Assembly (NCBI GenBank): GCA_044450965.1
Contig: JBIOJO010000011.1
Location: 13,091-77,090 of the forward strand
From: Elusimicrobiota bacterium
Lineage (GTDB): Bacteria > Elusimicrobiota > Elusimicrobia > UBA1565 > UBA9628
DNA length: 64,000 bases
Direction of reading: 5' to 3'
Numbering within the stretch: position 1 is the stretch's first letter; the number at the start of each line of letters is the position of its first letter. The notes beneath the pieces are model-generated. The model was not told the origin of the DNA, did no database searches, and saw only the letters and a list, made by a program, of their open reading frames with translations. Shown here piece by piece: positions 7,828 to 17,396 of this stretch. The position numbers and the translations under genes were made by a program.

Positions 7828-10039
7828 ATCGTTGGTTAATTGTAACACGCACGAATTGACCGTCAAGACCCATGCGCGGCGTGGAGTCAGACGAACAATA
7901 TTGATTTCTGCCTTGATATGTCTAGGACCCAGCGTCGCATTTGCTCGGAAGGGTTTGGATGTCGTGCTTGCGGAGACCCGTAATAATAAAACTGCAGACG
8001 GAGCGCTCGCAGCAAAAGCCAAAGCTCTTCAAGACCAAAATAACAATCTGGCAGATAATAAAGTAGTGGCGAATCAGCTTGCTGATATTCAATCAGAAAG
8101 AACGCAACGCGCGCAGCAGAGCTACGGATACGCTGATGAATATAAAGACAGCGGGGAGATGCAGCAACTCGCGGCGGATTACGCTGTTCAGCGGGGTGAG
8201 TGGGCTCAGGGCCGGACGTTCGCGGATCGAGCAGTCAATTTGGCCGGCAGCGACCCGGCGAAACTTCTTCTAGCGCTGGAATCCTCGGCAAAAGTCTCGT
8301 ATGAGATGAAAGATTATGCTCGGGCGGCGGCGGACGCCGAGCGCGGGCTCAAATTGAAACGGGACGATCCGAATCTTCAATTCATACTCCATGCTTCGAA
8401 GGGACGCGGGGCTGTAGGCGGCTCAGCAACTACTGCCGGAACGGCCGCTCCGGCTCAGAATTCGGCGACGCCGCCAGCCGCTATCAGCGATGTCCCGCGC
8501 GTGCGGATGACGGATATGCATGCGCTGGAAGCGAAGCCGTTCATCGATAAGTCCGACAATTTTCTGCGGTTGAAGGATTATCGCAGCGCGTTGAACGCGG
8601 CGATGAAGGCGGCGGCGCTGGATCCGAACAGCGGCGACGCGTATATGCATCAGGCGATCTCGCTGGCGGCGCTGAGGCAACTGGGGGAGGCGCTGAAGAT
8701 TTTGGACAAGGCGATCGCGGCGTTCTCCGCGAACGGGCCGCGCGACGCGCTGCCCGCGGCGCACAACCTGCGGGCTTCCTATAAAAATGAAGCGGGGGAT
8801 TACTCGGGGGCGAAGGCGGACGCCAGCGCGGCGGTGGGGATCAATCCGAAGTTCGCCGACGGGTATTACCAGCGTTCGCTCGCCGAGAAGAATCTGGGGG
8901 AGAAGGCGGAGGCGGCCTCGGATCTCAAGGAAGCGGCGACGTACGATCCGGAACGGTATCAGAGCCTCTATCTGGCAGCGGCCCGGGAAACGGAGGGCGC
9001 CGACGAGGCGGCCCAGCCGCGCCGAGGAGCGCCCTCGGCGTTTTCGCGGCTGACCGACGCGACGGGCGGCGGATTGTCGCTGCTGGTGGGCACGGCCGGA
9101 GCGCTGTTCGTGCTGTTCGCCGCGTACGTGTTCTTCTTCGCCAAGGACGGCTCCCGCATGCGGCGGTTCACGACGTGGTCCACGCCGGACGCGCGGCCCG
9201 CGCCCGCCGACGACGGCCCGCTGGCGATCAGCGCGAAGTACGCGCGCGGCCGCAAGGTCGGATCCGGCGGGATGGGCGACGTTTACGAGGGGAAGGACAA
9301 CGAGCTCCGCCGCCGCGTGGCCATCAAGAGCCTGCGCGCCGAGCTGCAGTCCCGCCCGCGGGAACGGGAGCGGTTCGTGGAGGAGGCGCGCAAGGTCGCC
9401 GCCCTTCATTATCCCAACATCATCGAGATCTACGACATCGTGCAGGCGGACGCGGGGACGTTCATCGTGTTCGAGTACGTGGAGGGCCAGACTTTGCACG
9501 ACGTGCGCAGCGAAAGCCCGCGGCGCCGGCTGGAGCCCAAGCAGGCGCTCAAGTATCTGCGCCAGGCCGCGGAGGCCGTGGATCACGCGCACGGCCGAGG
9601 CGTCGTGCACCGCGACCTGAAGCCGTCGAACATCATGATCGACGAGCACGGCCGGATCAAGGTCATGGACTTCGGCATCGCGCGCTTCGTCCAGGACACC
9701 ATGCGCGACATCCAGACCAACACCATCGTCGGCACCCCGCCCTACATGGCGCCGGAGCAGTCCTCCGGCAAGGTGACCAAGGCGTCGGACATCTATTCCC
9801 TGGCGGTGTCGTTCTACGAGATGCTGTCGGGGGAGCTGCCCTTCCGCGGCGACGACTTGAGCGCCAAGATCGGCCGCAGCTTCACGCCGCTGTCGCTACT
9901 GGTGCCCGGACTGCCTCCGGCCGCGGACGCCGTCGTGGCCAAGGCGCTGGATCCCGATCCGGAGAAGCGCCAGAAGACCTGCCTGGAGTTTTACGAGGAA
10001 GCGGCCGCCGCCTTCGACGAGAAGACGACCCCCGCCTGA
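7817..10039 (+). CDS. Ser/Thr protein kinase with N-terminal extracytoplasmic TPR-like sensor domain, one TM helix and C-terminal Hanks kinase domain
   Basis: Kinase motifs VAIK, HRDLKPSN, DFG, APE in the C-terminal third. TM segment LSLLVGTAGALFVLFAAYVFFFA. N-terminal signal-like RRTILISALICLGPSVAFA. Start is ambiguous: ATG 7817 overlaps the divergent gene; TTG 7856 is an alternative. Confidence 0.9.
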   Translation: MNLISLVNCNTHELTVKTHARRGVRRTILISALICLGPSVAFARKGLDVVLAETRNNKTADGALAAKAKALQDQNNNLADNKVVANQLADIQSERTQRAQQSYGYADEYKDSGEMQQLAADYAVQRGEWAQGRTFADRAVNLAGSDPAKLLLALESSAKVSYEMKDYARAAADAERGLKLKRDDPNLQFILHASKGRGAVGGSATTAGTAAPAQNSATPPAAISDVPRVRMTDMHALEAKPFIDKSDNFLRLKDYRSALNAAMKAAALDPNSGDAYMHQAISLAALRQLGEALKILDKAIAAFSANGPRDALPAAHNLRASYKNEAGDYSGAKADASAAVGINPKFADGYYQRSLAEKNLGEKAEAASDLKEAATYDPERYQSLYLAAARETEGADEAAQPRRGAPSAFSRLTDATGGGLSLLVGTAGALFVLFAAYVFFFAKDGSRMRRFTTWSTPDARPAPADDGPLAISAKYARGRKVGSGGMGDVYEGKDNELRRRVAIKSLRAELQSRPRERERFVEEARKVAALHYPNIIEIYDIVQADAGTFIVFEYVEGQTLHDVRSESPRRRLEPKQALKYLRQAAEAVDHAHGRGVVHRDLKPSNIMIDEHGRIKVMDFGIARFVQDTMRDIQTNTIVGTPPYMAPEQSSGKVTKASDIYSLAVSFYEMLSGELPFRGDDLSAKIGRSFTPLSLLVPGLPPAADAVVAKALDPDPEKRQKTCLEFYEEAAAAFDEKTTPA

Positions 10040-10046
10040 GACGCGC

Positions 10047-10847
10047 CTACTTCGTCCCGGATTGGACCGAGAGGAAGTCGAAGTAGGCCATCAGGTCGTT
10101 CAGGTCGCGCGAGTCCAGCTCGTCGAAGTCCGGCATCTTCGTGTGGCGGAACGCGGACGCGCGGTGGATGTATTCCTTGAGATGGTCCTTTTCGTGGTAG
10201 CGCGTGATCCCGCGCGGCTCGTTGAGGTCCGGGCCCACGGAGCCGCCCTGCCCGTTCATCGCGTGGCAGGAGATGCAGCGGGACTTGAAGATCGCCCAGC
10301 CCGCCGGCGCGCGCGAGCCCTGCGGCACGTTGCGCGGCACCGCCTTCGGGTACTCGTCCTCGATGATCGCCGGCTTCACGTTCAGGATCTGCCACGGCCA
10401 CGGATAGCCTTTCGCCGGCGTCTGCTCCGGCCCCGTCCAGACCAGGTAGAAAGGACCCGGCTTGGATTTTTCCTTCGGCATTTCTTCCCAGTTAGGCGCG
10501 TCCGCGTCCTCGAACGCGATCATCCCGCCGTCCTCGCTCAGCAGCGACGTCTTCGCGTGGGAGCGGTAGCCGTCCAGCGCCTCGAAGAAGAATTCCCCGA
10601 TTCCGTTCTCGATCCACGTCGGCCCGTACGCCGCCGTGAGCAGGTCCTTCACCGGGACCGCGCGATAATGCTTGAGCTTGCCGTAGAAGGGATCCTGCAC
10701 CTCGATCACGCGCATGCCTTTGCGCCCGCGCAGGTCCGCCGCGGTGACGCTGAGCGGCGTTTGGTCGCCGGAACGGAAGGAGAGGACCGGGTCGGCCGCG
10801 CGCGCCGGGGCCGCGATCAGCGCGAGGAGCAGGAGAAGGCCGTTCAT
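10047..10847 (-). CDS. Secreted c-type cytochrome domain protein
   Basis: Signal peptide MNGLLLLLALIAAPARA; single CISCH heme-binding motif in the C-terminal domain. Confidence 0.8.
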   Translation of the reverse strand: MNGLLLLLALIAAPARAADPVLSFRSGDQTPLSVTAADLRGRKGMRVIEVQDPFYGKLKHYRAVPVKDLLTAAYGPTWIENGIGEFFFEALDGYRSHAKTSLLSEDGGMIAFEDADAPNWEEMPKEKSKPGPFYLVWTGPEQTPAKGYPWPWQILNVKPAIIEDEYPKAVPRNVPQGSRAPAGWAIFKSRCISCHAMNGQGGSVGPDLNEPRGITRYHEKDHLKEYIHRASAFRHTKMPDFDELDSRDLNDLMAYFDFLSVQSGTK

Positions 10848-10869
10848 TGGTCCGCCTTGGGAGAAAAGA

Positions 10870-11310
10870 CTACTGCGGCATCAGGTCGGTCGAGCAGTTG
10901 GTCTGGCTGCAGGTCATCGTCGGCCGGGCGCCCGGCTCCACGTCGTAGGTGATCACGTACTGCGTGTAGGTGGCCACGTTCGTGTTTCGCGTGACCGTCG
11001 CTTTCCACGCCGGGCTGCCGGTGCCCGCGGCGAAGACCGGGGCGCTGAAATACTTCATGGTGGGAATCTGCATGTCCCAGCCGCTGCAGGCCGAGACGGC
11101 GCCGGTGCAGTAGCCGCCGGTGGCGGCCAGGTAGCGCTCCTGCGCGCCGCGGACGGAATCCAGAGTGGTCAGCGCTTCGCTGACCTTGCCCTTCTCGACG
11201 ACCTTGAAGTACTGGGGCACCGCGATCGCGGCCAGGATGCCGATGATCAGCACCACGACCAGCAATTCGATCAAAGTGAAGCCTTGGTTCGACCGGAAAC
11301 GTTTCGGCAT
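10870..11310 (-). CDS. Type IV pilin-like / pseudopilin protein (prepilin N-terminal methylation domain)
   Basis: Start trimmed to [34 protein letters not shown], the class III signal peptide motif G/FTLIE. Confidence 0.75.
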   Translation of the reverse strand: MPKRFRSNQGFTLIELLVVVLIIGILAAIAVPQYFKVVEKGKVSEALTTLDSVRGAQERYLAATGGYCTGAVSACSGWDMQIPTMKYFSAPVFAAGTGSPAWKATVTRNTNVATYTQYVITYDVEPGARPTMTCSQTNCSTDLMPQ

Positions 11311-11368
11311 GAGGGTGCCTCTCAGTTTAATTGGCCGTCGAGGAAAATGATAGAAAAAAGAAAGACGC

Positions 11369-13147
11369 CTAAGGGCCATTTTTTAGCGAAACGACAGGAA
11401 AATAAAGTCCTTTGCGTTCCCGCTTCCACCAGGAGCCGTCGGCGCGGCGCTCGTCGGCGGTGGAGAAGCGCGTCGCCCAGACCGTCGCCCGGGCGTACAG
11501 GGGCTTTTCACTTCCCAGCGGCGAGGGCCCCATCAAGCTCTCCACCGGGGAGCCGCCCTGCAGCAGGCGGTAGATCAGGTTGTTCATCCACGGGCTGGGC
11601 GCGCCCAGCGAGGCGAACCACATCTGCCAGTCCAGACGGGGCATGTGCGGCGCCACGAAGGCGGGCGCGCGGCGCGGGTCTCCGGGTTTCCATAGGAACG
11701 GCCATTCGCGCCACTCATGGCCGTCGGCGGAGACCTCCACCATGATCTCGTCGCGGGAGGTCGTCATCACCGCGAACAGCCCGTAGGAATTGATGGAGCG
11801 CAGGGGCTCCGCGAAGGACAGGGCCCGCGGAAATAGGCTTCCCGTCAGCCACAGCGCGGCGAAGGTCGCCAGCGCCCGCGCCCGCCACGGCGAGGCGGCG
11901 CGGGGCACGGCCTTCGGCGCCCAGCGCGCCAGCCACGGGCGGGAGTCGTCCAGCGCGGACAGGCACAGCACGAGGGTCAGCAGGTTGAAGAAGCCGTAGT
12001 TCCCGGTGAGCGCGATCAGGAGCATGAGCGCGGCGATCAGCGCGGCGCCGAAGGCGCGGACGCGGCGCGGGCCCAGCAGCAGCCACGGCGCGCCCAGCTC
12101 CACGGCGAACATCAGCGCGCAGGACAGCTTTTGAACCCCGAGCGGCAGGCGGTTCGCCCACCAGGAGAGAGGCGACGGAAGCGGCTGGCTCCAGTAGTGG
12201 TAGGTCAGCGCGGTGAGATCCCGCCAAGCGGCGTCGCCGCTGAGTAGCTTGACCATCCCCGACTGCAGGATCAGCTTGAAAAGCAGGAGGCGCATCATCC
12301 ACAGAGCGCCGCGCGAGGTCGCCGTCCGCCGCCGCGGGTTCCACGCCCACGGCGCCAGGAAAAGGGCGATGAGTCCCGTCTCCAGGAGCAGGACGTCCCA
12401 CTGGTAGCCCATGAACTGGGAACCGACGCCGCACAACGACAGGTACAGCGCCCAGCACGCCAGCGCGCACGGACCCGCGGCGACGTTCAGGATCAGGCCC
12501 AGCGACGCCAACGCTCCGGCCCAGCACATTCCGACCAGCGCGGCGTCGGACGCGGAGAACCAGGCGAACGTCGGCAGGAGCCAGAAGCGTTCCGGCCCGA
12601 CCTGCTTCGCGGCCGCGTCGAGATACTGCGCCGCCGGAAGAAGGCCGTCATGTCCGATCAGGCCCCGGACCTGCACGCCCAAGGACCAGAAGGCCGCCAG
12701 GTAGCACAGCCCCAGGCCCGCCAGAAGAGCGCGGGAGGTTCCGTCCACGCGCGCGGGTACCGGGGAATCGCCCCAAAATATTTTCGTCAATCGTGAAAAC
12801 GCCGGACGGCGCGCCGCGACGAAGCGGTAGGCGGCTTCGCTGGCCGCGCGGAAGGGGGGCAGGCTCCTGTAGAAGAAAAGGCCCGCCCGGTAGGCGCCGC
12901 CGGCGCGGTCCAGGCTGCGGAAAACCGCCTCGGCGCCGCGGGAGATCGTCCCGTCCGGTTCAACCAGGTGAACGGCTTCGCCCAGGTCGGCGGGAGACAG
13001 CTTCGGGAAGCGCGCGGCGGCCTTCTGCGAGGGGAGGTACTCGACCGCGTCGCCGGTCGCCAGGCGCCAGCGCTCGATCCAGAGCCGGCAGAACCCGCAG
13101 TCGCCGTCGAAGACCAGGACGGGTTTGGAGGGCTTCATGGTTTTCAT
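11369..13147 (-). CDS. Fusion protein: DCC-family thiol-disulfide oxidoreductase (DUF393) N-domain plus lipase-maturation-factor (LMF1)-like polytopic membrane domain
   Basis: N-terminus [12 protein letters not shown] (DCC motif), followed by ~500 aa with many TM helices resembling LMF1-family proteins. Confidence 0.8.
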   Translation of the reverse strand: MKTMKPSKPVLVFDGDCGFCRLWIERWRLATGDAVEYLPSQKAAARFPKLSPADLGEAVHLVEPDGTISRGAEAVFRSLDRAGGAYRAGLFFYRSLPPFRAASEAAYRFVAARRPAFSRLTKIFWGDSPVPARVDGTSRALLAGLGLCYLAAFWSLGVQVRGLIGHDGLLPAAQYLDAAAKQVGPERFWLLPTFAWFSASDAALVGMCWAGALASLGLILNVAAGPCALACWALYLSLCGVGSQFMGYQWDVLLLETGLIALFLAPWAWNPRRRTATSRGALWMMRLLLFKLILQSGMVKLLSGDAAWRDLTALTYHYWSQPLPSPLSWWANRLPLGVQKLSCALMFAVELGAPWLLLGPRRVRAFGAALIAALMLLIALTGNYGFFNLLTLVLCLSALDDSRPWLARWAPKAVPRAASPWRARALATFAALWLTGSLFPRALSFAEPLRSINSYGLFAVMTTSRDEIMVEVSADGHEWREWPFLWKPGDPRRAPAFVAPHMPRLDWQMWFASLGAPSPWMNNLIYRLLQGGSPVESLMGPSPLGSEKPLYARATVWATRFSTADERRADGSWWKRERKGLYFPVVSLKNGP

Positions 13148-13240
13148 TATACGCTGAATTGATTACTTCTTGATCGCGCCTTGAGCGCCTCCTGACGCCC
13201 GCCCGCTATCCTTCGGTGAGCGATGCGGCGAGGAGGCACC

Positions 13241-13834
13241 ATGCGTGGCTTCAGGGCGCCGGCCGTTCTGATCGCGTTGATCCTGGGAGCGGGCTTCGCG
13301 TCCGCGCGGACGCCCGCGGCCTGCGTTCCCGACGCTTCCGCCGAATCGGGCCGCGTCCGCCGCTACGATGCGCTCATCCTCCGCCACGCCCAGCGCCGGC
13401 GCCTGAATCCGCGCCTGGTGAAGGCCATCATCGCCGCGGAGTCCCAGTTCGCGACGGGGGCCGTCTCGCCCAGCGGCGCGCGCGGCTTGATGCAACTGAT
13501 GCCGGCGACGGCCCGGGAGATGGGCGTACCGCCGCGGTCGCTGTCGAATCCGGACGCGAACATCGGGGCCGGGACCAAGTACCTGGCGGCGCTGTTCGCC
13601 GCCTTGCCGGAACGCGGCGCGGCGCCGGAGCGCGACGTCCGCCGCGTGCTCGCCGCGTATCATTCCGGTCCCGCGGCCCTGCGCGGCGGCGGCTGGTCCG
13701 CGGCCACCCGACGCTACGTCCGCGTCGTGATGAGCTGCTATCAGTCCGAGGCGAGCGCGTTGACGCTCGCCCGGAACGGAGGAACCTATGATGAACCTGA
13801 TGAAACGGCACGATCGATCGCTTCTGCGCGCTGA
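13241..13834 (+). CDS. Secreted lytic transglycosylase (SLT domain)
   Basis: SLT motif ESQF...GARGLMQLMPATA. GAGGAGG Shine-Dalgarno 7 nt upstream of the ATG at 13241; signal peptide. Confidence 0.8.
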   Translation: MRGFRAPAVLIALILGAGFASARTPAACVPDASAESGRVRRYDALILRHAQRRRLNPRLVKAIIAAESQFATGAVSPSGARGLMQLMPATAREMGVPPRSLSNPDANIGAGTKYLAALFAALPERGAAPERDVRRVLAAYHSGPAALRGGGWSAATRRYVRVVMSCYQSEASALTLARNGGTYDEPDETARSIASAR

Positions 13835-14039
13835 GAGCAGCATCGTTCAGGCGGTGAGGGACGCCGGCTCCGACCGCCAGGCGCTGGTGGGCGGCGTCGC
13901 CGACGTTCTGGCGCGGGACTTGAAGGAAACCGGCCGCAAGGGCGCCGGCCTGCTGAGCGCCGTCTCCGCGCTGGCCGCGTTGACGGCGGACCTGATCGCG
14001 GGCGTCGCCGTGATGCTGAAGGAGCGCGCCGGGTGCTAG
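13788..14039 (+). CDS. Possible small protein (83 aa) of unknown function
   Basis: ORF only. Overlaps the SLT 3' end in another frame, convergent with argH. Could be a GC artefact. Confidence 0.2.
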   Translation: MMNLMKRHDRSLLRAESSIVQAVRDAGSDRQALVGGVADVLARDLKETGRKGAGLLSAVSALAALTADLIAGVAVMLKERAGC

Positions 14040-15394
14040 TTCCGGCGCATCGCCGGCGCCAGGAGGGCGGACCAGGCGCCGTCCAACGCGCGCCGCCGCG
14101 TTTTTTCCCAAGCGCGCTCGCGCGCGGCGTCGGCGGCCAGCAGCTTCCAGTCGGGACGGCCCGGGGCTCCGGAGTAATCGGGAAGCGGGACGTCCGTCAC
14201 CGGGAGCGGCGCTCCGGTGCGCGCGCGCGCGGAGGCGGCGACCAGCCGGTACGCGTCGCGGAAAGGGGTGCCGGCGCGGACCAGGGCGACGGCTTCGTGC
14301 GTGGCCATGAGATCCTGGGTGACCGCGGCGGCGCAGGCGTCTTTGCGGATGTTCAGCGCGCCGGGCAGGCGCGCGGCCACGTCCAGCATCAACTCCATCG
14401 CGTCCAGGGCGGCGAACAGCGGGCCCTTGGTGAGCTGGTAGTCGCGGTGATAGCCGGATGGAAGCGCGCCGATCGCGAGGACCTGGCTCAGCCAGCCCGG
14501 GAACAGCGCCGCGCGCGCGCGCGTCAGCTCCACCACGTCGGGATTCTTCTTCTGCGGCATGATGCTGCTGCCGGTGGTGAAGGCGTCGGACAGCTTGGCG
14601 AAGCCGAACTCCGCGGAGGTGAACAGCGACAGATCCCAGGCCAGCACGCCTAAATCCCGCGCCAACAACGACAACGAAGAAAGAACCGCGGCTTCCAGCC
14701 GCGGTCTCGATGTCTGCACGCGCAAGGTGTTGCGCTGCACGCGGGAAAAGCCCAGAAGCTTGGCGACATGGGCCCGGTCGAGCGGGAGCATCACGCCGTA
14801 GCCGGCGGCGCTGCCCAGCGGGCACGCGTCGGCCTCGTCGAAGGCGAAGCGCAGGGCGCGCTGGCCGTCCCAGAGGGCCTCCGCGTGCGAGGCGGCCCAG
14901 TGGCCGATCGTCGTCGGCATGGCGCGCTGAAGGTGCGAGTAGCCGGGGATCACGGTCTTTTGATTGCGGGCGCCGAAGGCGGCCCAGGCGTCGGCCGCCG
15001 CGCCCGCTTGGGCGTGGAGCGCGAGAAGGCGGTCTTTCAGGAACAGGCGCAGGTTCACCTGGACCTGGTCGTTGCGGCTGCGGCCCGCGTGGATCTTCGC
15101 GCCGACGTCGCCGAGCGTCTTGGTCAGGCGCTGCTCGACGGCCGTGTGGACGTCCTCCTGCTCGCGGGTGACGGCGAAGGCGCCGGGACGCTCGTGCAGC
15201 TTGGTCAGTTCGGCACGCAGGGCGGAGAGCTCCTTCTTGGTCAGCACGCCGATCTTCGCCAGGCCGGCGGCGTGCGCCAAGGAACCGTAAACTTCGTAAC
15301 GAAGAAGGCGGGAGTCCAACTCCGGGTCGTTCCCAACGGTGTACGCCTCCACCGTGGCGTCCAGGTCCGTCTTCGTCTGCCAAAGCTTCTTCAT
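14036..15394 (-). CDS. argH: Argininosuccinate lyase
   Basis: Fumarate-lyase signature GSSIMPQKKNPD; 452 aa. ATGA overlap with the upstream M20 gene. Confidence 0.92.
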   Translation of the reverse strand: MKKLWQTKTDLDATVEAYTVGNDPELDSRLLRYEVYGSLAHAAGLAKIGVLTKKELSALRAELTKLHERPGAFAVTREQEDVHTAVEQRLTKTLGDVGAKIHAGRSRNDQVQVNLRLFLKDRLLALHAQAGAAADAWAAFGARNQKTVIPGYSHLQRAMPTTIGHWAASHAEALWDGQRALRFAFDEADACPLGSAAGYGVMLPLDRAHVAKLLGFSRVQRNTLRVQTSRPRLEAAVLSSLSLLARDLGVLAWDLSLFTSAEFGFAKLSDAFTTGSSIMPQKKNPDVVELTRARAALFPGWLSQVLAIGALPSGYHRDYQLTKGPLFAALDAMELMLDVAARLPGALNIRKDACAAAVTQDLMATHEAVALVRAGTPFRDAYRLVAASARARTGAPLPVTDVPLPDYSGAPGRPDWKLLAADAARERAWEKTRRRALDGAWSALLAPAMRRN

Positions 15395-16449
15395 TTCGCC
15401 GCCGCGTTCAGAAAATAGTTCCGGATCAGCTTCTCGTAAAATACGACGCCGGCCTCGAGCTCGGTCACTTCGAGGTATTCATCGGGAGTGTGGGAGCGCT
15501 TGGACTCGCCCGGCCCGGCCTTCACGGTGGGGATTCCCTTAAGAAACACCCAGTCGGACAAGGTCGGGGAGCCATACACCTTCGAACTGGGATTGGCGGC
15601 CAGCGCGGCGCGGACGACGGCGTGGGACGGATCGGTCTCGACGGACCCCAGCCTCGAGGAGCGAACGTGGACGGAGCCCTCGACGGAGGCCTTCACGGCG
15701 GAAATGATCTCCTCGGGAGAATAATTCGGGGTCGTGCGGATATCGACGACCAACTTGCAGCGGTCGGGGATGACGTTGTGGCGAGCGCCGCCGGAAATCT
15801 GGGTGACGCTCAAGGAAGGCGTGCCCAACGACGAATGGGATTTGTCGAAACGGATCTTGGACAAGGACAGCACGTCCCTCGCCGCGATCTCCACGGCGTT
15901 GATCCCTCCGCCGTGCGCCGCGTGCGCCGCCCTTCCGTTCGCCGTAATTTCTAAAACAATTAATCCCTTCTGCGCCACGGCGGGCCGCAATCCCGTCGGC
16001 TCGCCGACGACCGCGGCGTCGGGGCGGGGAAGTTCCGGAAGAAGCTTCTCCAGGCCCTGGCCGAGGACCTCCTCTTCACACGTCGCCGCCAGAAGCACGC
16101 GGCCTTTGGGCGCGTTCGTCTGGAAGGCCTTCGCCGCGCCCAAAATCATGGCGGTGAGACACCCCTTCGCGTCATTGGTCCCGCGCCCGTATATTTTTCC
16201 GTCCACGATGTCGGCCGCCAACGGGTTCTTCGTCCACTCCTCCCCGACGGGAACCGTGTCGGTATGGGAATTCAACATCAGCAGGGGACCCGGCCCGCCG
16301 TCGAAGGTCGCGGTCAGGTTGCGGCCGCGGCGCTCGGGCGTCAGGCCCAGGGTCCGGAACGCGTCCTCCAGGCGCGCGACGACCGCGTCCTCCTGGCCGC
16401 TGGGCGAGGGGATGCGGACGAGGTCCTGGAGGAGCGCGACCGCGTTCAT
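15391..16449 (-). CDS. M20-family deacylase (N-acetylornithine/N-acetylcitrulline deacetylase ArgE-like)
   Basis: M20 peptidase motifs (NSHTDTV, GRGTNDAKG). Sits between argB and argH in the arg operon. Confidence 0.8.
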   Translation of the reverse strand: MNAVALLQDLVRIPSPSGQEDAVVARLEDAFRTLGLTPERRGRNLTATFDGGPGPLLMLNSHTDTVPVGEEWTKNPLAADIVDGKIYGRGTNDAKGCLTAMILGAAKAFQTNAPKGRVLLAATCEEEVLGQGLEKLLPELPRPDAAVVGEPTGLRPAVAQKGLIVLEITANGRAAHAAHGGGINAVEIAARDVLSLSKIRFDKSHSSLGTPSLSVTQISGGARHNVIPDRCKLVVDIRTTPNYSPEEIISAVKASVEGSVHVRSSRLGSVETDPSHAVVRAALAANPSSKVYGSPTLSDWVFLKGIPTVKAGPGESKRSHTPDEYLEVTELEAGVVFYEKLIRNYFLNAAAK

Positions 16450-17396
16450 GCGGCGGCGGACTGCGTCTCGGTCGCGGCCAGCTCGGCCTGCTGGTAGGCC
16501 ACGCGCTCGCGCTTCTCGACGATCATGGTGCCGCAGCCGGCGTTGGTGAAGATCTCGCGCAGCAGGGCGCCGGGCTTGAGGCCGTTGATGATGTGGGTGC
16601 GGCGCACGCCGCCCTGGAGCGCGCGGATGCAGGCGTCGGCTTTCGGGAGCATGCCGCCGGTGAGGCGGCCCGCCTTCTTGAAGGACTCCACTTCCTCGAC
16701 GTCGGTGTAGGAGACCAGGCTTCCCGGGTTGCCCACGTCCTTGAGCAGGCCCTCGGTGTCGGTGACGACGACCAGCTTCTCGGCCTTCAGCGCGCGCGCC
16801 ACGGCCTCGGCGATGGAGTCGGCGTTGATGTTGAGGATGGTGCCGTCGTTGTCGCAGCCCAGGCAGGAGATCACGGGCGTCATGCCGGCGTCCAGCAGGT
16901 TGAGCAGCATCTTGGGGTCCACGGTCTCGATGTCGCCGACGAAGCCGAAGTCCACCTCGACCGGGGCCTCGCCGGGGTTCTTCTCCATGGAGCGCTTGGG
17001 GCGGCGCGACGCGGTGATCAGGTTGCCGTCCACGCCCGACACGCCGACGGCGGGCGTGTGGTGGGCGCGGAAGGAGGACAGGATGTCGATGTTGAGCGTG
17101 CCGGCGTAGACCATCTTGGCCACTTCCAGCATCTGCGCGTCGGTGATCCGTCGTCCGGCCACGAACTCGGGCTCAAGGCCCAGCTTGCGCGCCAGCTCCG
17201 TGGCCTGGTTGCCGCCGCCGTGCACCAGCACGATGCGGATGCCGACCTGTTGCAGGAGGCTGACGTCCTCGACGAGGGCGTCGAGCGTCTCCCGGCGGCC
17301 GACGACGCGGCCTCCGACCTTCACGACGAAGACCTTGCCCTTGTACATCCGGATGTAGGGAATGGCCTGCTTGAGCATGATGGGCGAGTCGGTCAT
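16446..17396 (-). CDS. argB: Acetylglutamate kinase
   Basis: Amino-acid kinase family; VVKVGG ... HGGG motifs. 316 aa after trimming the track ORF to MTDSPIML; ATGA-coupled. Confidence 0.9.
   Translation of the reverse strand: MTDSPIMLKQAIPYIRMYKGKVFVVKVGGRVVGRRETLDALVEDVSLLQQVGIRIVLVHGGGNQATELARKLGLEPEFVAGRRITDAQMLEVAKMVYAGTLNIDILSSFRAHHTPAVGVSGVDGNLITASRRPKRSMEKNPGEAPVEVDFGFVGDIETVDPKMLLNLLDAGMTPVISCLGCDNDGTILNINADSIAEAVARALKAEKLVVVTDTEGLLKDVGNPGSLVSYTDVEEVESFKKAGRLTGGMLPKADACIRALQGGVRRTHIINGLKPGALLREIFTNAGCGTMIVEKRERVAYQQAELAATETQSAAA

Noticed and set aside
8423-9649. 408-aa minus-strand ORF
   Set aside because: Antisense to the Ser/Thr kinase gene; Arg-rich junk.
13428-15383. 651-aa minus-strand ORF
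   Set aside because: Alternative frame over argH and the SLT gene; Arg/Pro-rich.
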